Sequence record: MK620904.1
Length of the DNA: 32,000 bases
Origin: Microbacterium phage Pherbot
Strand: one strand, 5' to 3'
The first letter of the stretch is position 1. Each line of letters starts with the position of its first letter. The position numbers were made by a program, and so were the translations under genes. Shown here one piece after another: positions 25,493 through 32,000 of this stretch. Below the pieces are notes generated by a model. It ran no database searches and was not told the origin of the DNA. It was given only the letters and a program-made list of their open reading frames with translations.

Positions 25493-26712
25493 TTCTTGGT
25501 TCCCTTCTTCTGGTTGGGGTAGTAGTCCAGGGGGTCACCCGTGGTCACGTACCTGGTTCGCTGCTCGATCTCGCTGGTGCCGTGCATCAGGTCCGCAACG
25601 GTGAGGTCCTTATAGTTGCACATATATCCGGAGCAGGCGTGCAGGTTGCGCTCGACGCAGTCGGGGTCGTCCCACGAGTAGTTCAGCAGGCGCTTCGCCG
25701 TGGTCCTGAACGACTTCCACTGGCGCTCAGCCTGCTCCGGCGTGAACGTGAGCCGGTCCCGGCGGAAGGTGTCGGTGTAGTCCCGGTGCTTCAGCTCCAC
25801 CAGGAACTCCTCCACGTAGGCTCGCTCCTTGGGGTCCTCGATGGCCAGCAGGAACTTCCCCTTGATACGTGTGGCCAGGTTGTTCTCGATGAGCCACTCT
25901 TCGTAGACTGGCAGCGTGGTCCCGCTGGGCTTGAGCGTCCTACTCTGCAACCCCTTGGTCGTCAGGCTGGGCGTCTTGATGGCACTCGTCCGCATGTAGT
26001 CGTAGATGAAGCCCTTGGGCTGCGGCAGGCCGAGCGCCAGGTACTCGGGGGCTTCCTCGCATGCCCAGAGGTAGGAGTAGTGCTGGAAGGCGAGTTCCCG
26101 GTAGCGCCAGTCGGGGAGCGTGGCGTGGGTCTTGTGGTCACCGAGCCAGATGTCGCCAGCTTCGTCCTGCCACACGATGTCGATGCGCCCCCGGTACAGC
26201 ACCCGACCGCCGAACATGGGGCGCTCTACGGTCAGCTCAACGGCGATGGGGGTCAGCTTCTCTGTGCGATAGACCCACTCGTAGGAGAGCATCAGGTTAT
26301 AGCACTCCTCGGCCAGGCCAGCAGTCTCCTCCTCGAAGGTGGTTCGCTCAGCTTCCTCGATGAGCTCCTGGTGCTTGGCCCGCCAGTCGCCGCCCTTGCC
26401 CCGCTCCTCCAGGAGAGCGTGGACCCAGGTGCCACGGGTGAGAGGCTTCTTCTCAATGCGCGTGCGGAGGCCCAGGACGTAGGCGTAGTACGTCTCGCGG
26501 GGGCACTCAACGAACTTGGACACCATGGACTGAGTGATGACAGGCTTGCCGTCATCCGTCATGGGCCAGTTGCCCCGGTACTTGCGAGGAGGCTTGGTCC
26601 CCGTGCTGGGAAGCTGCTTCGCCTTGCCCTTAGAACTCTGCGAGGGCTTCACCGCCCCAGCAGCGCGAGATCGTGACGTCCGCTTTGAGGTAGAACTTTC
26701 GCGTGAGACCAT
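25489..26712 (-). CDS. PD-(D/E)XK nuclease, Cas4/RecB-like, with possible Fe-S cysteines
   Basis: Up to 407 aa (alternative start near 26562). 'ECPRETYYAYVLGL', 'GRIDIVWQDEAGDIWLGDHKTH', C-terminal 'CVERNLHACSGYMCNYKDL'. Confidence 0.8.
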   Translation of the reverse strand: MVSRESSTSKRTSRSRAAGAVKPSQSSKGKAKQLPSTGTKPPRKYRGNWPMTDDGKPVITQSMVSKFVECPRETYYAYVLGLRTRIEKKPLTRGTWVHALLEERGKGGDWRAKHQELIEEAERTTFEEETAGLAEECYNLMLSYEWVYRTEKLTPIAVELTVERPMFGGRVLYRGRIDIVWQDEAGDIWLGDHKTHATLPDWRYRELAFQHYSYLWACEEAPEYLALGLPQPKGFIYDYMRTSAIKTPSLTTKGLQSRTLKPSGTTLPVYEEWLIENNLATRIKGKFLLAIEDPKERAYVEEFLVELKHRDYTDTFRRDRLTFTPEQAERQWKSFRTTAKRLLNYSWDDPDCVERNLHACSGYMCNYKDLTVADLMHGTSEIEQRTRYVTTGDPLDYYPNQKKGTKK

Positions 26713-28480
26713 TGTCAGCCCTTTCCATTGTCTCTTTTACGATCCTGCCAACCTTGCGAGCCGTGCTGTATGGGGCAGTCAGGCAGACGCTGTCGTGGAC
26801 CGTGGTTATTAGCTTAGCCCCCAGTGCAGGCAGGCGCAAGTCCCTAGCCAAGCGCCCCAGACTGATGAGCATGAAGTCAGAGCCGGTGCTCTGCACAGGA
26901 GAGTTGATCGCCTGTCGGAAGGCGTTCTCCTGAACCCAGTAGTCATCGGCGTACACCTTGGGCAAGTGACGGAAGCGGCCGAACTCGTTGTGGACGCCCC
27001 CGTACTCAATAGCTTCCTGCCGCTGCTTCCGATACCAAGGCTGAAGCCCTGCGAACGTGGCGAAGAACTCCTCGCGGAAGGCCTCGGCCTCCTTGGGGGT
27101 GATCTTGACGCCGTAGTTCTCAAACAGGTAGTTCGCGAAGTGCTTGGCATGCATTCCGTACAGGAAGCCGAAGTTGACACCCTTGGCCAACGACCGATGC
27201 TCCTTGGTGATGTCGTCGCTGCGCACCAGCCGCTTCGCCATATAGGTATGGATGTCCTCGCCCGTTTCGAACAGGCGAAGCATCTCCCTGTCACCTGACA
27301 TGACGGCAGCCACACGGAGCTCAAGCTGGCTGAAGTCTACTTCGATCCACGCCTGCCCGCGCTCCCCGAAGAGGTTACGTGTGGCCCTGTCGCGCGGGAT
27401 CTGCTGCGAGTTGAGGCCCGACTTGTCACCGGGGTCGCTGCTGGACAGCCTGCCCGTGACCGTGCCCGTGAGCTTGAAGCTGGTGCCGATGCGTCCGTCT
27501 CGGGTACGCTGCTCAATCGGCACCAGGAACCCGGTGAGCTGCTTATAGAGAGTGCTGCGCTCACTGAGCAGCCTTGCGGCCGGATGGTCGATCTTGGCCA
27601 GGTCCTCCTGAGAGAGGCCGGGGTTGCCATCGGGCCAGGTCTTGGTCGGCTTGGTGCGCCGGGGGCACATGGCTCCCTGATGAACGTAGAGCCACCACTT
27701 AGTCCAGTTGGTCGCTCCCCACTTGGGCTTCGTCTTCTGCAGCCAGTCGGGCCACTGCTCCTTCGGCGGGATGCTGGCGTCCAGCTTCTGCTCGATCTCG
27801 TGGATCCGCTGCTCCACCTGGTCCTTCGTCTTCCTGACAAGGCCCAGCCGGACGGGCAGCTTATTGTCTTCCATCTGCCGGAGGGCAGGGCTGGCAGGAA
27901 GCATGACCTCCCGCATCACGCGCACCGGGTCCTCGTGGGGCTTCAGGTTCTTCTTGATGTGGCGTCGCTGCCACTTCATCAGCTCCCTGGTGATGTGAAC
28001 GTCCTTGCCCGCGTAGACGCTGACCCGCTTCTTGCTGGCTGCGGGCAGCTTGCGCTCAGCCCAGGTCTGCCCGAACTCGTCGCCGAAGTGGCTGACGTCG
28101 TCGTCAGACCAGTCTTCATAACCCAGCAGCCGCATCCCCAGCGCCTTCAGGCCGACGGGGTGGTTCTCGTCCAGCAGGTGCGCCATGAACATCGTGTCCC
28201 AGGTGACGCGCACCCTGGCACCGTAGCTCTCCAGCCAGCGGCAGTCGAACGGGGAGTTGTGTGCGACCCCGCTGCGGATACGGAGCTTGGAGATCTCCTG
28301 CGGGCTGCGGGGCCACCAGACCATGACATCATCTCGGTCATACGGTGCGAAGGCCACACAGAGAAGCTGGCCTCCGCTGACGTGAAGAGACGTGGTCTCG
28401 ATGTCAAAGATGAGCGGGGCGGTGGACTGGGCGAGGTACGCCTTGACCTCGTGCCAGTCGTCGCTGACAAGTAGTTGCAT
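26630..28480 (-). CDS. DNA polymerase, family A (3'-5' exonuclease-like + polymerase)
   Basis: 616 aa; 'LIFDIETTSLHV' Exo I, 'WIEVDFSQLELRVAAVMSGD' Pol A, 'RSLAKGVNFGFLYG' Pol B, 'KLITTVHDSVCL' Pol C. Confidence 0.95.
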   Translation of the reverse strand: MQLLVSDDWHEVKAYLAQSTAPLIFDIETTSLHVSGGQLLCVAFAPYDRDDVMVWWPRSPQEISKLRIRSGVAHNSPFDCRWLESYGARVRVTWDTMFMAHLLDENHPVGLKALGMRLLGYEDWSDDDVSHFGDEFGQTWAERKLPAASKKRVSVYAGKDVHITRELMKWQRRHIKKNLKPHEDPVRVMREVMLPASPALRQMEDNKLPVRLGLVRKTKDQVEQRIHEIEQKLDASIPPKEQWPDWLQKTKPKWGATNWTKWWLYVHQGAMCPRRTKPTKTWPDGNPGLSQEDLAKIDHPAARLLSERSTLYKQLTGFLVPIEQRTRDGRIGTSFKLTGTVTGRLSSSDPGDKSGLNSQQIPRDRATRNLFGERGQAWIEVDFSQLELRVAAVMSGDREMLRLFETGEDIHTYMAKRLVRSDDITKEHRSLAKGVNFGFLYGMHAKHFANYLFENYGVKITPKEAEAFREEFFATFAGLQPWYRKQRQEAIEYGGVHNEFGRFRHLPKVYADDYWVQENAFRQAINSPVQSTGSDFMLISLGRLARDLRLPALGAKLITTVHDSVCLTAPYSTARKVGRIVKETMERADNGLTRKFYLKADVTISRCWGGEALAEF

Positions 28481-28525
28481 AGGTGGAACTCCTACTTAGG
28501 AATGGGGCTGTGAAGTTGTGAAGAG

Positions 28526-28604
28526 TAGACCGCCCAGGACTCGAACCTGGACCGAGGGTGCGCGATGCTTTTCCCCTCGCCTCTGCCCGTTGGGGTAGCG
28601 GCCT
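28526..28604 (-). tRNA. tRNA-like element with non-canonical anticodon arm (isotype undetermined; possibly degenerate)
   Basis: Acceptor AGGCCGC/GCGGTCT (7 pairs incl. one G-U), discriminator A, T arm CCAGG-TTCGAGT-CCTGG (5 perfect pairs, canonical TTCGAGT), D loop AACGGGCAGA with imperfect stem. Best anticodon-region stem CGAGGG/CCCTCG encloses 15 nt. No encoded CCA. Confidence 0.55.
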
Positions 28605-28612
28605 TAGTGGCA

Positions 28613-28651
28613 GGACCCCCGGCACCTGTTCGGGTCAAGTACCGGGGGTCC
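28613..28651 (-). terminator. Perfect 10-bp inverted repeat, possible terminator or RNA-processing hairpin
   Basis: GGACCCCCGG ... CCGGGGGTCC with a 19-nt loop, 7 nt downstream of the 28659 stop codon and 8 nt upstream of the tRNA-like element; no U-tract. Confidence 0.55.
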
Positions 28652-28658
28652 ACACGGC

Positions 28659-29090
28659 TCAGCGCTGGGGGCGCTTGCGAGCCGTGGTCTTGGCGGGAGC
28701 GGCCTTGGCCGACGCCGCCTTGGTCGTGCGCTTGGCTGCGGGCTTCGCTGCGGCCTTCGCCGGGGCTGCCTTCTTGGCCGTGGCCTTGGGGGCGGGCTTC
28801 TCGTCGGCCTCGGCGCGGCTGCCGCGCTCCAGGGTCCAGCCGGTGGGGAGCTCGTTGACGCCGTCGATGGTCTGCGCGACCAGGTCGTCCAGGGTGCCCT
28901 CGTTGATCGCGTTGACGAAGGCGAAGTACGCCAGCGCTCGGAGACCCTTGAGGCGGCTGCGCTTGACCGAGACGCCGAAGGTCTCGACGACCTGCTGGAT
29001 GGCGTCCTCGATGATGGCCTTGGGGGTCGGCTCGGCCTCGGTGGCCTCGATCTCCTCGTCCAGGACGGCTGCGGTGTTCTTCGTGGCCAT
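28659..29090 (-). CDS. Putative DNA-binding protein with Lys/Ala-rich C-terminal tail
   Basis: 143 aa, start preceded by AAGGAG; C-terminus 'KPAPKATAKKAAPAKAAAKPAAKRTTKAASAKAAPAKTTARKRPQR' like histone H1/HU-type tails. Confidence 0.65.
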   Translation of the reverse strand: MATKNTAAVLDEEIEATEAEPTPKAIIEDAIQQVVETFGVSVKRSRLKGLRALAYFAFVNAINEGTLDDLVAQTIDGVNELPTGWTLERGSRAEADEKPAPKATAKKAAPAKAAAKPAAKRTTKAASAKAAPAKTTARKRPQR

Positions 29091-29153
29091 GATGTTCTCC
29101 TTGTTGGTTGGCCGGATGGTGGACTTGCCGGGGCTGCTTGCCCTGTAACCTCT

Positions 29154-29182
29154 ACAGTAGCATCACCGGCACTACCCTCCAA
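29154..29182 (-). promoter_or_regulatory. Weak sigma70-like promoter candidate upstream of the 29090 gene
   Basis: TTGGAG - 17 nt - TACTGT read on the minus strand. Confidence 0.25.
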
Positions 29183-30551
29183 GACCGTGCTGGGAAATTC
29201 TTGCGACGGTCTTCTTGAGATGGTCGTGGTCCTCCTGCAGGGTGACCCACACGTCCTCGTCCACGGTGCCCTTCCCGCACAGGAACCAGACGGTCGGGCT
29301 GGCAGGCGACAGCTTGATGCGGTCGCTGGCCTGCTTGAACGTGACGTACGAGAAGTCGCTGGTGTACCAGATCAGGTCGTTGGCCACCGAGATGTCCACG
29401 GCCATCGCCACGGTCCGGGGCTGCACCAGCAGCACGCGCACGTCGCGGTCACGCTGGAAGTCCTCGATGACCCAGTTCTTGTCCTTGGTCTTGCCCGTGA
29501 TGACCCGGTAGCCCAAGCCCTGCCGCTTGAGCCAGCGCTCCACCAGCCGGATCTCGCGGATGTGCGTGCAGGCGATAATGATCTTGCCCTTGCAGCGCCT
29601 CTTCACGATGTGGCCAAGGGCACCCAGGCGGGCACGGGCAGCTTCCGGAACGGTGAACTGGTTGTCCTCGTCGTCGGTGACCCATCCTGCGACAAGGGTA
29701 CGCATACGGAGCAGCCTAGTCAGGGGGTTGAGGGCTGCCACGTCGTGCCCCAGCATGTCCTCCACGACCCCCTTCTTGAGAAGCGTCTTGTGCCACTTCA
29801 TGATCTGGCTGGGCACGGGGTAGCGCACCTTGCGGACGGGCACGGGGTCGCCAGCGCCGGTCATCGTGATGACATGGGGCTGGATGTAGGCGTTCAGCTC
29901 GTACTGGTTCCGCGGACGGACAAGCTCGGGGAAGCCCTTCTTGGTGGTCCACTCGCCGAAGTGCTCACGGAAGTCGCGGGCTGTCTCCCAGTGATCCCTA
30001 ATGCTGGGGTCCAGGAACGTCCACTGCCCGTAGACGGCATCGACCTGGCTGGGGTTGGTGACGGGGGTGCCAGTCATCAGGAGCCGATAGTGCCACTGGT
30101 GCGCCAGCGGCCGGATGTTGCGGCCTGTCACCCCGGACGGCTTCTTGATGATGTGGCTCTCGTCCAGCAGCATCGCGCCTTGCCCCTGGCACAAGTCCGA
30201 CATCTTCTTCAGGAAGGGCTTCAGCCGCTTGAACGGACCCTTGGTGAACTGCTCGTAGTTGACGAACAGGATGGTGATGCCCTTGAACTGGCTGGGGTCG
30301 GGGTACTCGTTGCCAGCCGTCAGCGGGAAGAAGCGATACTCCTTGCGGAGCCACTTGGCAGCTTCCGTCTTCCATGTGGCCTCAGCCACCTTCGGCCCCA
30401 GCACCACGGCCACACGGGGGGCAACGTGCTCTATCCACCGGAGGGCGACTGCGGTCTTGCCCGAACGCGGCTCTGCCCAGAGGGCAGCGAAGTGACGGCC
30501 AGGCTCGCACAGCCGTTCCAACGCTACCCTCTGGGAATCACGGAGCTGCAT
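29172..30551 (-). CDS. SNF2-like DEAD-box-superfamily helicase
   Basis: About 459 aa from MQLRDSQ at 30551; 'WAEPRSGKTAVALRWIE' Walker A, 'AMLLDESHIIKKPSG' DExH, 'YRLLMTGTPVTN' motif III, C-terminal 'VRVLLVQPRTVAMAVDISVANDLIWYTSDFSYVTFKQASDR'. Confidence 0.88.
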   Translation of the reverse strand: MQLRDSQRVALERLCEPGRHFAALWAEPRSGKTAVALRWIEHVAPRVAVVLGPKVAEATWKTEAAKWLRKEYRFFPLTAGNEYPDPSQFKGITILFVNYEQFTKGPFKRLKPFLKKMSDLCQGQGAMLLDESHIIKKPSGVTGRNIRPLAHQWHYRLLMTGTPVTNPSQVDAVYGQWTFLDPSIRDHWETARDFREHFGEWTTKKGFPELVRPRNQYELNAYIQPHVITMTGAGDPVPVRKVRYPVPSQIMKWHKTLLKKGVVEDMLGHDVAALNPLTRLLRMRTLVAGWVTDDEDNQFTVPEAARARLGALGHIVKRRCKGKIIIACTHIREIRLVERWLKRQGLGYRVITGKTKDKNWVIEDFQRDRDVRVLLVQPRTVAMAVDISVANDLIWYTSDFSYVTFKQASDRIKLSPASPTVWFLCGKGTVDEDVWVTLQEDHDHLKKTVARISQHGLGG

Positions 30552-30691
30552 CACACTCGCCCCGTTGCATGCCAGATCCACACCGTGCGGATGTCCACCT
30601 GGTAGATGCGGGCCAGGGCTTCCATGTAGCGCCTGTTCGCCTGGATGGCGATGCGCTCCAGGACAAGGCGGAACTCCTTCTCCAGGTCCAT
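30551..30691 (-). CDS. 46-aa HTH-like protein, absent from the ORF track
   Basis: Translated by hand: MDLEKEFRLVLERIAIQANRRYMEALARIYQVDIRTVWIWHATGRV*; TGATG overlaps on both sides with neighbouring genes. Confidence 0.65.
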   Translation of the reverse strand: MDLEKEFRLVLERIAIQANRRYMEALARIYQVDIRTVWIWHATGRV

Positions 30692-30915
30692 CACAGGGTC
30701 ACCTCCCACCAGCGCCAGGTGAACACCACGATGTCCTGCTGGCGGTCTTCCTCCCGGGTCAGTGTGGCCTCGGCGGGCACCCCTGCACGGCTGGCCCGTG
30801 CCTGGATGTCCTCCTCCAGGTCGCCCCTGGATTCCGTCAGGAGCAGCTTGCTCACTTCGTAGGCGTAGGTCTTGACCTCGATCTGGGGGCGCTGCCCCGT
30901 CACCAGCTTGGCCAT
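30691..30915 (-). CDS. Hypothetical protein
   Basis: 74 aa from MAKLVTGQ at 30915; stop overlaps the next ATG (TGATG). Confidence 0.55.
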   Translation of the reverse strand: MAKLVTGQRPQIEVKTYAYEVSKLLLTESRGDLEEDIQARASRAGVPAEATLTREEDRQQDIVVFTWRWWEVTL

Positions 30916-30916
30916 G

Positions 30917-31735
30917 TCACACCCTCCAGGCTTCCAGGTCACCCATGCCCTCGCCGATGATGCCTGCCAGGTTCGGGCGGAAGTAGTTCGGCCCCTTCTT
31001 GACACGGCCAGGGAAGATGCCGTCGGGGTCGTTCTCCCCGGCGATGATCGCCTTGCCGTCCTCCCCGAACTTGCTCATGTTGCTGCGGTGGACCTCATCG
31101 AAGAGCACGCGGGCATCCAGCCCGGTCTCAACCATCAGGCCGAACACCACGTAGAGCAGGTCAACGCACGCGTCGGCCGTCTCCACGATGTCGCCGACCA
31201 CCAGCGCGTCCTGGAGCTCCTGGAACTCCTCCTCGATGAGCTGCACCCGAAGGCCGATACGCTCTTCGGGCAGCGGGGTCGCCTTGGACAGCACGGGGAG
31301 ATCCATGGCGCGCTGGAACTCCACGACGGCAGCCTGCATCGGGTTGATGATGGTGGCCTCCGTCACGGCGCTGGCAGCGTGCCCCCGTGCATACGTCTGG
31401 ATGACCTCCCACTGGGCAGCCGTGAACACCTGGCCTCCCAGCTCCACCGTGTGACCCTGCACGGGGCGGGCCAGCACGTAGTCGCCCCCGCTGGTGTGGC
31501 CGACCGGCTGGTACTGGTCCTCGAACTGCTCAGCGCTGTACGGAACGAAGCTGCCGTCTCCCATCTTGACGATGTAGTCGCCGGGGACTGCCGTGTGCTT
31601 GCCCAGCACGATCCACCAGCCGTCGCTGGACGACTGCACCTTGTTCCCGCTGCACCACTTGGCGACCTCGTCTACGCGGGCCACATCGAAGCGCTGGGCC
31701 TCCACGGTGCTGTTCTTGATCTGGTACTCGCTCAC
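30917..31735 (-). CDS. MazG-like nucleotide pyrophosphohydrolase-domain protein
   Basis: 272 aa; C-terminal half 'LIEEEFQELQDALVVGDIVETADACVDLLYVVFGLMVETGLDARVLFDEVHRSNMSK' has the EExxE...ExxD pattern of all-alpha NTP-PPases. Confidence 0.75.
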   Translation of the reverse strand: MSEYQIKNSTVEAQRFDVARVDEVAKWCSGNKVQSSSDGWWIVLGKHTAVPGDYIVKMGDGSFVPYSAEQFEDQYQPVGHTSGGDYVLARPVQGHTVELGGQVFTAAQWEVIQTYARGHAASAVTEATIINPMQAAVVEFQRAMDLPVLSKATPLPEERIGLRVQLIEEEFQELQDALVVGDIVETADACVDLLYVVFGLMVETGLDARVLFDEVHRSNMSKFGEDGKAIIAGENDPDGIFPGRVKKGPNYFRPNLAGIIGEGMGDLEAWRV

Positions 31736-32000
31736 TGGGGGTTACCCTTTCTCTCCTTGCGGACGAACCGCTGTTCCTTTTCGAATGCTTCTGTCATGCG
31801 GTCAACCTCGTCCCAGTTCACCAGGCGGGGGTCCTTGGGGTCCTCGCTGCTGAACGGGCTGATGACGACCTGCACTGCTGCGGCGAAGCCGTGGGCCTCG
31901 TCCTTCAGGGAGGCCTTCACCTTGGGGTCGTCCTCCTGGTCCGCCAGCAGGGCGAGGTCATTGTAGGCGTTGTAGAGCTTGCGTGTGATCTGCGCCCCGA
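31732..32000 (-). CDS. Hypothetical protein, 5' end beyond the window
   Basis: The frame ending at the 31732 stop stays open to the window edge (…ITRKLYNAYNDLALLADQEDDPKVKASLKDEAHGF…), so the 31920 start in the ORF track is probably internal. Confidence 0.5.
   Translation of the reverse strand, partial: GAQITRKLYNAYNDLALLADQEDDPKVKASLKDEAHGFAAAVQVVISPFSSEDPKDPRLVNWDEVDRMTEAFEKEQRFVRKERKGNPQ

Noticed and set aside
28526-28560. T arm and acceptor 3' half considered as an attP core for tRNA-gene integration
   Set aside because: A matching 5' acceptor strand and D-loop-like segment are also present, and no integrase or excisionase is visible in the window. Cannot be fully excluded without the rest of the genome and the host sequence.
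1-32000. Search for defence/anti-defence islands, reverse transcriptase/DGR, transposase, toxin-antitoxin or CRISPR
   Set aside because: No motifs for these were recognised; nearly all coding space is accounted for by phage structural, lysis and replication genes. Small unknown proteins could still be anti-defence factors, but the sequence alone does not support a specific claim.

Overview
The window is a high-GC tailed-phage (siphovirus-type, actinobacteriophage-like) genome segment with two convergent gene blocks. The plus-strand late block (1..20319) runs small terminase, large terminase, portal, MuF-like protein, scaffold, major capsid, head-tail connector/completion proteins, major tail protein, frameshifted tail assembly chaperone, tape measure, distal tail/minor tail proteins, a GH18-like tail-associated hydrolase, a modular endolysin (amidase + LysM + two CW_7-like repeats) and holin-like membrane proteins. 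A perfect 10-bp hairpin (20333..20365) separates it from the minus-strand early/replication block (20377..window end). That block encodes a primase-helicase fusion, a VRR-NUC-like nuclease, an SSB-like protein with an acidic and then basic tail, a Sak4-like ATPase, a Cas4/RecB-like nuclease, a family A DNA polymerase, a basic-tailed DNA-binding-like protein, a SNF2-like helicase and a MazG-like domain protein. The observations most worth follow-up are: (a) an exact 7 x 132-bp (44-aa) tandem repeat in the tape measure gene, plus a degenerate 8th copy; (b) a tRNA-like element at 28526..28604 with intact acceptor and T arms but an apparently oversized anticodon loop, preceded by a perfect 10-bp hairpin; (c) the GH18-like tail hydrolase; (d) the AEP-type primase fused to a RecA-like ATPase; (e) a D/E-rich then K/A-rich C-terminus on the SSB-like protein; and (f) two 46-codon genes below the ORF-track cutoff (a Zn-ribbon-like and an HTH-like microprotein). 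I found no clear evidence of a defence island, CRISPR array, transposon, integrase or retroelement. All family assignments come from reading motifs by eye and need database confirmation.
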